A stretch of DNA of 64,000 nucleotides from assembly GCA_036001225.1 (NCBI GenBank), contig DASYUM010000339.1:2808-66807 (forward strand). The letters are read 5' to 3'. The stretch is from Candidatus Methylomirabilota bacterium. GTDB taxonomy: Bacteria > Methylomirabilota > Methylomirabilia > Rokubacteriales > DASRDR01. Positions 45,945 through 55,500 of this stretch are shown in pieces (the first letter of the stretch is position 1; each line of letters begins with the position of its first letter). A program made the translations under genes and the position numbers. The notes beneath the pieces are model-generated. The model saw only the letters and a list, made by a program, of their open reading frames with translations. It had not been told where the DNA came from and did not search any database.

Positions 45945-48900
45945 CTATCTCCCCCCCGCCCGCCAGTGCCCGAAGACCGCCGTCAGCTCGGCGTAGTCCA
46001 CCGGCTTCACGAGATGCGCGTCGAAGCCCGCCTCCAGCGCCCGCCGCTGGTCCTCCGACCGACCGTAGCCGGTGAGGGCGATCAGGCGGGTGCGGCGGGC
46101 ATCGGGACTGCGCCGCACCGCCTCGGCGATGCCGTACCCATCGAGCCCGGGCAATCCGATATCCACCAGCGCGACGTCCGGGCGCAGCGCCAACAGCTTC
46201 TCCAGGCCGGTCACCCCGTCGTGCGCTTCCTCCACCTCGTACCCGTGGACCTGGAGCAAGATGCGCAGGCTGTCGCGCATGTCCTGGTTGTCCTCGATCA
46301 CCAGAACCCGGCGGCCGGGCAGCTCCGGCTGCCCTCCGGTGGCCTCGATCGGCGCCGGGGGGGCGCTCAGGAGCGGGAGGCGCACGACGAACTCGGCGCC
46401 CTGGCCGGCTCCCTCGCTGGAGGCACTCACCGTCCCGCCGTGCAGCTCGACGAGCCGCCGGACCAGGGCCAGGCCCAGGCCGAGCCCGCCCTGGGAGCGA
46501 TCGAGTGACTGACGTCCCTGGGTGAACAACTCGAACACGCGCGGCAGAAGTTCAGGCGAGAGACCGATGCCGCGGTCGCGCACGCGAAGGACGGCGGTGC
46601 CGCCGTCCCGGCCCACGTCGACCCGAATCTGGCCGCCCGGTGGGGTGTACTTCACGGCGTTGTCGAGCAAGTTCGTCACGATCTGTTCGATCCGCGCCGG
46701 ATCGGCCTCCACCCAGGCCGACTCTCCGGTGATCCCGACATCGTGCTCGCGCGTGCGCTCGGCGTGGTCGAACGCGGCCAGGCATTGCTGGGCGATGGCC
46801 TTCAGATCGATCCGTTCGCGCTGGAGGGCGATCTTGCCCGAGCTGACCCGTGACACTTCGAGGAGGTCGTCGACGAGCCGCGCCAGATGCCGGCTCTGGC
46901 GATTGATGATCGCACGCAGCTGCCCGGCGGGATCGTCCTGGCTCGCAATCCGCTCCAGCACCAGGATCGCGTTGCGAATGGCGGCCAGGGGATTACGCAG
47001 CTCGTGGCCGAGCATGGCCAGGAACTCGTCCTTCGCCTGGTTGGCTCGTTCGGCTTCGGTCCGGGCCGCCTGCTCCCGCTCGAACCGCTCGGCGTTCTCC
47101 AACGCCAACGCCGCCTGGTCGGCAAAGCCTCGGGCCAGCCGCACCTCCCCCTCGCTGAAGGTGCGGCCCAACGGGACTCCGATCCCGAGGGCCCCGATCA
47201 AGCGGCCCTTGGCGGCGAGGGGCAGCGCGAGCACTCCGCGGTGCGGCGCCTGCTCCAGCCGCCGGCGTATCTCCGGCGTGTGCTGAATCCGCGGATCGTT
47301 CAGGGCATCCGGGGTGAAGACGGGCTCCCCGGTCCGCACGGCCAGCCCCACTGTCCCCGTCCCCCGGGGCAGGGTGAGGTCCGGACCGAGCGCCGGCCCC
47401 GTCTCCCCGTACATGGCGACCGAGCTGAGGTCACCGGAGGCCGGATCCAGGCGATACACGATCGCGAGCTGGGCCCGCAAGAGTCGGCAGACGTGCTCGG
47501 CGAGCCGGGTGCCGACCTCCCGCACGTCCAGGAAGTGGGCGAGGATCCTCGCGACCGCCGCCAGCGCCTCCGCTTCGTCGCGGGCCTGGGTTTCCAGTTG
47601 ATAGAGCCGCACTTGCTGCACGACGAGGGCGAGCCGGTCGCCGACGAGCCGGAGCAGCGCCACGTCGTCGTCGCTGAAGCGCCGGGGCCGCACGCTGCCG
47701 ACATGGACCACGCCGAGCAAGCGGCCCTCGACCATCAGCGGAACGCCGAGCAAGGAATGCACCTGTCTTCGGAGGAACGGGCTCACCACCGGGAACCGGG
47801 ACACGTCTTCCACCGCGATCGGCTCTTGGCGGGCCGCCACCGCGCCGGCAAATCCCTGGCCGATCGGGATGTGGATGCCCTTGTCCTCCTCCTCTTCCCG
47901 CAGACCATCGGAGGCCGAGACGACGAGCTGGGTTCCCGTCTCGTCGAGGAGCAGGACGGTCGCGGTATCGGCGGCCAGGGCCGCCCGGACCCGCCCCAGC
48001 AACTCCCGGGGCATGTACCGGAGCTGAAGGCGGGAGAGCGCGGCGTCGCTCACCGCCTGGAGCCGACCGAGCTTCTCGGCCCCGGCTTCGGCCGCGGCGC
48101 GGGCCTGCCGCTCCCGCGCCAGCAGCACGGCCCGCTCCTGCTCCCCGCGCTGGCGCTCGATGAATTGTCCGATCTGGGTCCCGATCGTGCTCATCATCCG
48201 CAGCAGGTCGGCGTCCGGTGGCTGGATCTCGCGGCTGAACGACTCCAGCACTCCGGCCACCTCGCCCTGGGACAGGACCGGGAACGCAAAGGCTCCGTGG
48301 AGTCCCTCCCGGGCCGCGATGGGAGCCCGCGGGAAGTTGGAATCGTGGACGACGTCGGTGACCCAGACGGGCTGGCCACTCGCCCACACCCGACCGGGTA
48401 ACCCGATGCCCGGCCGGAAGGTCCGGGTTCCGCTGTCGGCTTCGAACTCGGGATACGTCAACCCGCGGGCGCGCCAGACGTCCACGCAGCGCAGCACGCC
48501 CGCGTCCGCGTCCCGGACCCACAGCGCCCCCACGTCCCAGCCGAGGCTGTCGCAGATGGCTTCCAGGACCTTGGGCGCCGCCTGGCCGAGGTCATCGGAG
48601 TCGGCCAATGCCCGAGTGACCGCGTAGTCGGCCGCTCGCCGGCGCTCCGTGATCCCCCGCTCGTGCATCACGGCCGCCAGGAGCAGCCCGCCCACCGCGA
48701 CCACGGCCATGAAGAACTGCACCAGCACGAGGCTCTCGTGCGTGTTACCGGTCGCGAACGGTCCGAAGCCGCCCCTCGTCCCCCAGATGGCGATCGCCGA
48801 GACGACGGCCGCCGTCGTCGTCGTCCCGAGCTGGCCGAAGCGGAACGCCGCCCAGATCACGAACGGAAAGACCAGGTATTCCAGGGGGTGGCCACTGTCC

Positions 48901-49526
48901 ACCGCCGGCAGTTGCCCGGCGAAGACCACCAGGCTCACCGCCGTCAGGCCCAGCACGAGGCTCCCGGCCTCGAGGAGACGGCTCGGCGACCAGCGCGGCC
49001 CACCGGCGGCCCACGCGAGCAGCAGGGGGGCCACCACCAGATCACCCAGGGCGTCGCCCAGCCACCACACCCACCAGATGCGGGTCCACGCCGACCAGGG
49101 CTGGACGCCGCCCAGGGTCAGGCTGGCGGTGCCGATGGTGGCGCTGACCGCGGTGCTCACCAGGGCGCCGAGGGTCACCAGCCCGAGAACGTCCCGCAGC
49201 CGACCGAAGGTCCGACCGGGACCCATGAGGCGCCGGAGCAAGACGGCGCCGACCACCGCCTCCAGCGTGTTGCCGGTGGCGATGCCCACCGCGGTCCCGA
49301 TGGGCTCGTGCGCCGTCAGGTTGGCGAGGAAGGCGCCCAGCCAGATACCGGGGGTCAGGCGATAGCCGAACAGCAACACCGCGGCCAGGGCGATGCCCGT
49401 GGGTGGCCAGACCACGGTCACCTGCTCGGCGACGAACGCCATGCTGAGGCCGAGCTTAGCGGCGCCGAAGTAGACGGCGGCCGCGCCCAGGCTCAGCGCG
49501 ATGTCACGAAGGGCCCGACCCCGCAT
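45945..49526 (-). CDS. Hybrid sensor histidine kinase: N-terminal multi-TM (MASE1-like) domain, tandem GAF domains, HisKA, HATPase_c, receiver
   Basis: H-box FLAMLGHELRNPLAAI. C-terminal REC domain VLVIEDNQDMRD…DVALVDIGLPGLDG. Likely start is ATG 49524-49526 (MRGRALRDIALSLGAAAVYFG…). Confidence 0.8.
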   Translation of the reverse strand: MRGRALRDIALSLGAAAVYFGAAKLGLSMAFVAEQVTVVWPPTGIALAAVLLFGYRLTPGIWLGAFLANLTAHEPIGTAVGIATGNTLEAVVGAVLLRRLMGPGRTFGRLRDVLGLVTLGALVSTAVSATIGTASLTLGGVQPWSAWTRIWWVWWLGDALGDLVVAPLLLAWAAGGPRWSPSRLLEAGSLVLGLTAVSLVVFAGQLPAVDSGHPLEYLVFPFVIWAAFRFGQLGTTTTAAVVSAIAIWGTRGGFGPFATGNTHESLVLVQFFMAVVAVGGLLLAAVMHERGITERRRAADYAVTRALADSDDLGQAAPKVLEAICDSLGWDVGALWVRDADAGVLRCVDVWRARGLTYPEFEADSGTRTFRPGIGLPGRVWASGQPVWVTDVVHDSNFPRAPIAAREGLHGAFAFPVLSQGEVAGVLESFSREIQPPDADLLRMMSTIGTQIGQFIERQRGEQERAVLLARERQARAAAEAGAEKLGRLQAVSDAALSRLQLRYMPRELLGRVRAALAADTATVLLLDETGTQLVVSASDGLREEEEDKGIHIPIGQGFAGAVAARQEPIAVEDVSRFPVVSPFLRRQVHSLLGVPLMVEGRLLGVVHVGSVRPRRFSDDDVALLRLVGDRLALVVQQVRLYQLETQARDEAEALAAVARILAHFLDVREVGTRLAEHVCRLLRAQLAIVYRLDPASGDLSSVAMYGETGPALGPDLTLPRGTGTVGLAVRTGEPVFTPDALNDPRIQHTPEIRRRLEQAPHRGVLALPLAAKGRLIGALGIGVPLGRTFSEGEVRLARGFADQAALALENAERFEREQAARTEAERANQAKDEFLAMLGHELRNPLAAIRNAILVLERIASQDDPAGQLRAIINRQSRHLARLVDDLLEVSRVSSGKIALQRERIDLKAIAQQCLAAFDHAERTREHDVGITGESAWVEADPARIEQIVTNLLDNAVKYTPPGGQIRVDVGRDGGTAVLRVRDRGIGLSPELLPRVFELFTQGRQSLDRSQGGLGLGLALVRRLVELHGGTVSASSEGAGQGAEFVVRLPLLSAPPAPIEATGGQPELPGRRVLVIEDNQDMRDSLRILLQVHGYEVEEAHDGVTGLEKLLALRPDVALVDIGLPGLDGYGIAEAVRRSPDARRTRLIALTGYGRSEDQRRALEAGFDAHLVKPVDYAELTAVFGHWRAGGR

Positions 49527-49900
49527 GAGCAGATCCGCGCCTGGCCGCCCGGGATGCGCGCGGTCGAGGGCTCCGGCAGGACCGGCGCGCCATTCCGGGG
49601 GTGTCGATGGGTTTCCCGGCGGAGGGGGGGCCAGCACGATACCTCCTTGGCTACCCTCCCCCCCGAGAGCAGCCGGGCGAGGCCAGTGAAGGCCAGCCTC
49701 GCGAACGCGGACCACAGTCTAGGGACGGCCTGGCCATTAGTCAAGAATTGGACCGATCGCCTGCGGAGGCGGATGATGCGCGCCCCGTCCCGATGTCGGC
49801 GACCCTGGCTTTTCCTGCTCGCCTCGATTTGCTGGCATGCCGCTGTCAGCATCGCGGAGCGGCCGGTCCCGGCCCCCGCCGGAAAGTGAGGCGCGCCACC

Positions 49901-51243
49901 ATGTCCAGGTGCTCGAGGCTGACTACTCCGTGGGTCGTCGCGTTTGCCGGCCTGCTGCTGACCGGGGGGAACCCGGGCCCCGCCACGGCTCAGCCGGCCA
50001 TCGCGGCCGGGAAGCCGGTCGAACTGCGGGTGGCCTGGTGGGGCTCGCAGGATCGGCACAATCGGACGATCAAGGCCATCGAGCTCTTCCAGAAGAAGTA
50101 TCCGCACATCAAGGTCAGCTACGAGTTCGCCGGCTGGCTCGATTACTGGACCAAGATGACCACTCAGGCGGCCGGGCGCAATCTGCCCGACATCATGCAG
50201 CAGGACTATGCCTACATCAGCGAGTGGTCGTCCCGCGGCTTGCTCTCGCCCCTCGACGAGTACGTCAAGAGCGGCACCATCGATACCCGCGACGTCTCGG
50301 ATCCACTCCTCCGGGGCGGTGTCGTCAACGGCAAGCTGGTGGCCATCAACCTCGGCTCCAACTCGCAGTGCTGGGTGCTCGACGTGGATGCCTTCAAGAA
50401 GGCGGGCGTGGAGCTGCCGCCCCCGAACTGGACGTGGTCCGACTTCGAGAAGATCGCCCTCACCTTGCACGAGACGCTGGGGATCTGGGGCATGGGCTCG
50501 GGCACGTGGAACGAGCAGCTCTGGGGGTCGCTCTACCTTTCGGCCGGGCAGTGGCGATACAGCGCGGACGGAAGCCGGGCCGGCTATGCCGACGACAAGC
50601 CGTTGGTGGACTACCTCAACATGCTGCTGCGGCTGCAGAAGGCCAGCGCCCTCATCCCGCGGGCCGATGAACTCTCCAGTCACAACATGGAGACCCAGGC
50701 GTGGAAGTCACCCCGATCGTCACCCGCAAGGCGGCCATGGCCTACTTCTGGAGCAACCAGGTCGTGGCCGTCTGGAAGGCGGCCGGCGGCGACGAGCGGA
50801 ACTTCGCCATGGTGCCCCTCCCCCGGGTTCCGGGCGCCAAGTCCGCGAACTACCTGAAGGCGTCGCAGTTCTGGAGCATCACCTCGCAGGCCAAGGCCCC
50901 CAAAGAGGCCGCGATGTTCATCGACTTCTTCACGAACTCCATCGAGGCCAACGACATCCTCCTGGCCGAGCGGGGGGTACCGATCTCCAGCACGGTGCGG
51001 CAGGCCCTCACGCCGAAGCTGGGCCGATCGCAGGTGGAGATGTTCGCTTACCTCGATCGGCTGGCCAAGGACGTTCAGCCCATCCCGCCACCCGATCCGC
51101 CGGGTCACACCGAGATCGTCAAGAACGTGTTCGTGCCGCAGGTGATGGATCCGGTGGCCTACGGGCGGCTGACCCCCGAGAAGGGCGCCGCCCTCTTGCG
51201 GCAGGAGGTCAACGGCATCCTCGCCGCCAAGGCGAAGAAGTAG
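49901..51243 (+). pseudogene. Sugar ABC transporter substrate-binding protein (family-1 SBP) with a frameshift near 50690-50710. A sequencing error is possible
   Basis: ATG 49901 with a signal peptide MSRCSRLTTPWVVAFAGLLLTGG. It reads in frame to …SSHNMETQAW. The C-terminal 180 aa continue in ORF 50701-51243 (…AAMAYFWSNQVVAVWKAAG…). The combined length of ~445 aa fits the family. Confidence 0.65.
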
Positions 51244-51336
51244 CACGGCGCTGCGTCGCCGGGGCGGGAACGTCAGGAAGGGGCGGCGGGCGCCGGCCAT
51301 CCCCGGCCGCCTCCAGGATGCACCGCGAGCCCAAGC

Positions 51337-52308
51337 ATGAATCGCGCGCCGGCGTCCTCCATCCCGGGCGAGGGCCTCCTGCGGGCGGGCGTCCGCGAGC
51401 GGCGCGTGGTGGCCGGCCGGGCTCGACTCCGGGCGCGCACCATCGCCGGCTACGCCTTCATCTCCCCCTGGCTGTTCGGGTTCCTCGCGCTCACCTTGTT
51501 TCCCATGGCGGCGTCGCTCTACTTCGCGTTCACCGACTACGACATCCTCACGCCGCCGCGCTGGATCGGGCTCGCGAACTTCCGCCGGATGTTCTTCGAG
51601 GATCCGCGCTACCTGCAGTCGGTCGCGGTCACCTTCTTCTACGTGGCCATCGCCGTGCCGCTGCGGCTCGCGTTCGCGCTGGCGGTGGCGATGCTGCTCA
51701 ATACTCCCCGCCGGGGTGTCAGCGTGTACCGGGCCGCCTACTACGCCCCCTCGGTGGTGGACGGCAGCGTGGCGGTGGCCGTGATGTGGCGGCAGGTGTT
51801 CGGGACGGAGGGGGTGATCAATGCCGTCCTGGCCATCCTGGGCATCCCGCCCGTACGCTGGCTCGGCGACCCCGAGGTCGCCATCTGGACGCTGATCACC
51901 CTGGCCGTCTGGCAGTTCGGGTCCCCGATGCTGATCTTCCTGGCCGGACTGCGGCAGATCCCCGCCGAGCTGTACGAGGCGGCCGCCATCGACGGCGCGG
52001 GGGCGGGGGCCCGCTTCTTCCGGATCACGTTGCCGATGCTCTCGCCGGTCACCTTCTTCAGCGTCGTGATGCAGACCATCACCGGCTTCATGGTCTTCAC
52101 CCAGGCCTTCATCGTGACCGGCGGCGGGCCGATGGACACGACCCTCCTCTATGCGCTCTACCTGTACCGGCGGGCCTTCGAGAGCTTCCAGATGGGCTAC
52201 GCCTCGGCGATGGCGTGGGCGCTGCTGCTCGTGGTGGCGTTCTTCACGGCCCTGCTGTTCAAGTCCTCCGGGTACTGGGTCTTCTACGAGGCGAAGGAGC
52301 GACGGTGA
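51337..52308 (+). CDS. Sugar ABC transporter permease (MalF/UgpA-type)
   Basis: EAA-type motif (…EAAAIDGAGAGARFFRITLP…) with 6 TM segments. The start may be the GTG at 51406 instead. Confidence 0.8.
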   Translation: MNRAPASSIPGEGLLRAGVRERRVVAGRARLRARTIAGYAFISPWLFGFLALTLFPMAASLYFAFTDYDILTPPRWIGLANFRRMFFEDPRYLQSVAVTFFYVAIAVPLRLAFALAVAMLLNTPRRGVSVYRAAYYAPSVVDGSVAVAVMWRQVFGTEGVINAVLAILGIPPVRWLGDPEVAIWTLITLAVWQFGSPMLIFLAGLRQIPAELYEAAAIDGAGAGARFFRITLPMLSPVTFFSVVMQTITGFMVFTQAFIVTGGGPMDTTLLYALYLYRRAFESFQMGYASAMAWALLLVVAFFTALLFKSSGYWVFYEAKERR

Positions 52309-52310
52309 CG

Positions 52311-53168
52311 ATGCGGCCACCGGCCCGGCGGCGGCAGCGGGCGCTCCGGACCGTGATCTACCACGGGGCCGTCGCCGGGCTGGGCTTCGCGATGCTCTAC
52401 CCGATCCTGTGGCTGTTCGCCAGCTCGTTCAAGGGCCCGGTCGAGATCTGGACGGACGTGATGTCGCTGGTGCCCCGGCGGTTCACCCCCGAGAACTACA
52501 TCAACGGGTGGGCCGGCTTCGGCGGGATCACCTTCGCCACCTTCTACAAGAACTCGCTGATCTACGCCGGGGTGGGCACGCTGGCCGCGGTGATGAGCTC
52601 GGCGGTGGTGGCGTACGGATTCGCGCGCCTCCGCTTTCCCGGGCGAGGGTTCTGGTTCACCTGCATGCTGCTGACGCTGATGCTGCCGTATCAGGTCATC
52701 ATCATTCCCCAGTACGTCTTCTTCACCAAGCTCAATCTGGTGAACACGTTCTACCCGCTGCTGCTGCCCCGCTTCTTCGGCATGGCCTTCTTCATCTTCA
52801 TGATCATGCAGTTCATCCGTGGCATCCCCAAGGAGCTGGACGAGGCGGCGGAGATCGACGGGTGCAGCCAGTTCGGGATCTTCGTCCGGATCATCCTGCC
52901 GCTGATCCGGCCGGCGTTGATCACCGCCGCCATCTTCTCGTTCTACTGGACGTGGGAGGACTTCCTCACGCCGCTGGTGTACCTCAACGAGCCGAAGCTG
53001 TACACGATCTCGGTGGCCCTCCGCTCGTTCGCGGATCCGTCGGCGGCGACCGACTGGGGCGCCATCTTCGCCATGTCGGCGCTGTCGCTGGTCCCGGTGT
53101 TCGTCGTCTTCATCGTCTTCCAGCGGTACCTGGTCCAGGGCATCAGCACCACCGGGATGAAAGGATAG
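52311..53168 (+). CDS. Sugar ABC transporter permease (MalG/UgpE-type)
   Basis: ATG 52311, 12 nt after AAGGAG. Motif EAAEIDGCSQFGIFVRIILPLIRPAL. Confidence 0.85.
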   Translation: MRPPARRRQRALRTVIYHGAVAGLGFAMLYPILWLFASSFKGPVEIWTDVMSLVPRRFTPENYINGWAGFGGITFATFYKNSLIYAGVGTLAAVMSSAVVAYGFARLRFPGRGFWFTCMLLTLMLPYQVIIIPQYVFFTKLNLVNTFYPLLLPRFFGMAFFIFMIMQFIRGIPKELDEAAEIDGCSQFGIFVRIILPLIRPALITAAIFSFYWTWEDFLTPLVYLNEPKLYTISVALRSFADPSAATDWGAIFAMSALSLVPVFVVFIVFQRYLVQGISTTGMKG

Positions 53169-53179
53169 GCCGGGACTCC

Positions 53180-54199
53180 ATGGCGCCCCCGGTACGGTTC
53201 TCGGTCATCGGCGTCAACCACAACCACATCTACGGCCAGACCAACCTGCTGCTCCGGGCGGGGGCCGAGCTGGCCTCCTTCTTCGCCGAGGAGCCCGACC
53301 TGGCCGCCCAGTTCGGCAGCCGGCATCCGCAGGCCAAGCCGGTGGGCGACCGGCGGGAGATCCTGGAGGATCCGAGCATCCACCTCGTCGTCAGTGCGGC
53401 CATCCCCTGCGAGCGCGCTCCGCTGGGCGTGGAAGCCATGCGCCACGGCAAAGACTACATGAGCGACAAGCCGGCCTTCACCACGCTGGAGCAGCTGGCC
53501 GAGGCGCGCCGGGTCCAGGCCGAGACCCGCCGCATCTTCTCGGTGTGCTTCAGCGAGCGGTTCGAGAACCCGGCCACGGTCCGGGCCGGCGAGTTGATCC
53601 GGAGCGGCGCCATCGGCCAGGTCGTCCAGACCGTCGGTCTGGGCCCGCACCGGATCAACGCGGCGAGCCGCCCGCCGTGGTTCTTCAAGCGGGCCCAGTA
53701 CGGCGGCATCCTCACCGACATCGCGTCACACCAGGCGGATCAGTTTCTCTTCTTCACCGGCTCGACCCGGGCCGAGGTGGTGGCGGCCCAGGTGGCCAAC
53801 TGGAAGTTCCCGCAGTGGCCGGAGCTGGAGGATTTCGGCGAGATGCTGCTGCGCGGCGACGGGGGAACCGGCTACGTGCGGGTGGACTGGTACACCCCCG
53901 ACGGGCTGAGCACGTGGGGCGACGGCCGCCTGGTGATCCTCGGCACGGAGGGTTACATCGAGCTTCGGAAGTACGTGGACGTCACCGGACGTCCGGGGGG
54001 GAATCACCTGTTCCGGGTTGACCGGGCGGGGATGCACTACGAGGGCGGCAGCGGCGGCGATCTGCCCTACGGTCGGCAACTCGTCGCCGATGTCGTCAAC
54101 CGGACCGAGACCGCCATGACCCAGGCCCACTGCTTCCTGGCTTCCCAACTGGCGCTGGAAGCCGAGGCCAAGGCGGTGCGGCTCGGGCACCTTCGCTGA
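53180..54199 (+). CDS. Gfo/Idh/MocA-family oxidoreductase
   Basis: The real start is MAPPVRFSVIGVNHNHIYG at ATG 53180, with a Rossmann N-terminus. The long ORF in the track is an artefact. Confidence 0.75.
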   Translation: MAPPVRFSVIGVNHNHIYGQTNLLLRAGAELASFFAEEPDLAAQFGSRHPQAKPVGDRREILEDPSIHLVVSAAIPCERAPLGVEAMRHGKDYMSDKPAFTTLEQLAEARRVQAETRRIFSVCFSERFENPATVRAGELIRSGAIGQVVQTVGLGPHRINAASRPPWFFKRAQYGGILTDIASHQADQFLFFTGSTRAEVVAAQVANWKFPQWPELEDFGEMLLRGDGGTGYVRVDWYTPDGLSTWGDGRLVILGTEGYIELRKYVDVTGRPGGNHLFRVDRAGMHYEGGSGGDLPYGRQLVADVVNRTETAMTQAHCFLASQLALEAEAKAVRLGHLR

Positions 54200-54222
54200 T
54201 CCGCGGAGCAACCGGAGGCACG

Positions 54223-55287
54223 ATGGGCGACCGGATACGAGTGGCCCTCGTCGGGGGCGGCGCCGCCGGCAAGCAGCACCTCGAGGGGTATCGAAGCCTG
54301 CCCGAGCAGTTCGAGGTCGTGGCCCTGTGCGACGTCGCGGAGGGGGCGGGCCTGGTGGCCGAGGCGAACGCGATCCCGCGCGTCCTGACGGATTTTCGCG
54401 AGATGTGCCGGCTGGACGACGTCGACGTCATCGACCTCTGCACGCCGCCCTATCTGCACTACGAGCAGACGCTCCAGGGTCTGGACGCCGGCCGGCACGT
54501 GATCTGCGAGAAGCCCCTGCCCGCCTCGCTCGCGCAGGTGGATCGAGTGATCGCCGCCGAGAAGCAGTCGGGCCGCCGCGTGATGCCGATCTTCCAGTAC
54601 CGTTTCGGCCACGGGCTCCAGAAGCTGAAGCGGCTGGTGGAGCAGGGCGTGGCTGGCCGCGCCTATCTGACGACGGTGGAGACGGCCTGGCGCCGGCGCG
54701 CCGCCTACTACGCGGTCCCCTGGCGGGCCAAGTGGGCCACCGAGCTGGGCGGGGCGCTGGTCAGCCACGCCATCCACGCCCACGACCTGGTGTATCACGT
54801 GCTCGGGCGGGCGCGCAGCGTGTCCGCCCACATGGCCACGCTGGTGAACCCGATGGAATCCGAGGACTGCGTCTCGGCCTCGCTCGAGATGATGGACGGG
54901 TCACTCTGCTCTCTCTCGGTGACCACCGGCTCGCCGGCCGAGATCAGCCGGCACCGCTTCTGCTTCGAGAACCTGAGCGCCGAGAGCAACACCGAGCCGT
55001 ACCGCAACTCGAGCGATCCGTGGACGTTCACGGGCGACTCGCCGGCGATCGACGCGCGGATCGAGGGGGTCCTGCGCGGGTTCGTGCCCCGGCCGGAACG
55101 CTTCGCCGGCCAGTTCTCCCGGTTCCACCAGGCCCTGCAGTCGGGGACCGAGCTTCCGGTGACGCTGGCCGACGCCCGGGCGGCCATCGAGCTGATCACG
55201 GCGCTCTACCACTCGGCCCGGACGCGGCAGCCGGTCTCCTTGCCGATCCCCGCCGACCACCCCCTCTACGACGGCTGGCAGCCCTGA
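54223..55287 (+). CDS. Gfo/Idh/MocA-family oxidoreductase
   Basis: N-terminus MGDRIRVALVGGGAAGKQHLEGY. Motif EKPL. Confidence 0.8.
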   Translation: MGDRIRVALVGGGAAGKQHLEGYRSLPEQFEVVALCDVAEGAGLVAEANAIPRVLTDFREMCRLDDVDVIDLCTPPYLHYEQTLQGLDAGRHVICEKPLPASLAQVDRVIAAEKQSGRRVMPIFQYRFGHGLQKLKRLVEQGVAGRAYLTTVETAWRRRAAYYAVPWRAKWATELGGALVSHAIHAHDLVYHVLGRARSVSAHMATLVNPMESEDCVSASLEMMDGSLCSLSVTTGSPAEISRHRFCFENLSAESNTEPYRNSSDPWTFTGDSPAIDARIEGVLRGFVPRPERFAGQFSRFHQALQSGTELPVTLADARAAIELITALYHSARTRQPVSLPIPADHPLYDGWQP

Positions 55288-55340
55288 ATCCCAAAATCGG
55301 ACGACGACCGCAGGTGCGGGGCCAAGTAACGAGCATAGCG

Positions 55341-55468
55341 AGGACGCAGGGAGGAGGCGGCCCGAGGCGTATGCCGCACACGCGCGCCGCAGGACGTCGC
55401 GGGGCTGGGGCCCCGCCGTCCGTGGCGCGACACCCGAATGTGAGGGCCGCCGACGACCGAGGACGACG
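55341..55468. repeat. Intergenic structured repeat element, copy 2 (128 bp; copy 1 plus a 57-bp inner hairpin-forming insertion)
   Basis: Shares aggacgcagggaggaggcgg…gaggcgtatgccgca…ccgccga(c/t)gaccgaggacgacg with 18858-18928. Lies in the convergent gap between the Gfo/Idh gene and the ankyrin gene. Confidence 0.65.
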
Positions 55469-55500
55469 CTAAGGCGACGTTAATTGGACCCGCACTAGTC

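Noticed and set aside
49716-49900. Possible sigma-54 promoter (TGGCAT-n5-TGTCA) upstream of the sugar ABC operon
   Set aside because: The -12 element does not match the TTGC(A/T) consensus, and no enhancer-binding protein gene is adjacent. The sequence is better described as an imperfect inverted repeat.
55196-55381. Peptide 'MCGIRLGPPPPCVL' shared by ORF 55196-55381 and the N-terminal extension of ORF 17837-18979, at first sight a conserved small protein
   Set aside because: The shared peptide is just the minus-strand translation of the intergenic DNA repeat found at 18858-18928 and 55341-55468. There is no coding signal beyond the repeat, and the frames are not otherwise conserved.
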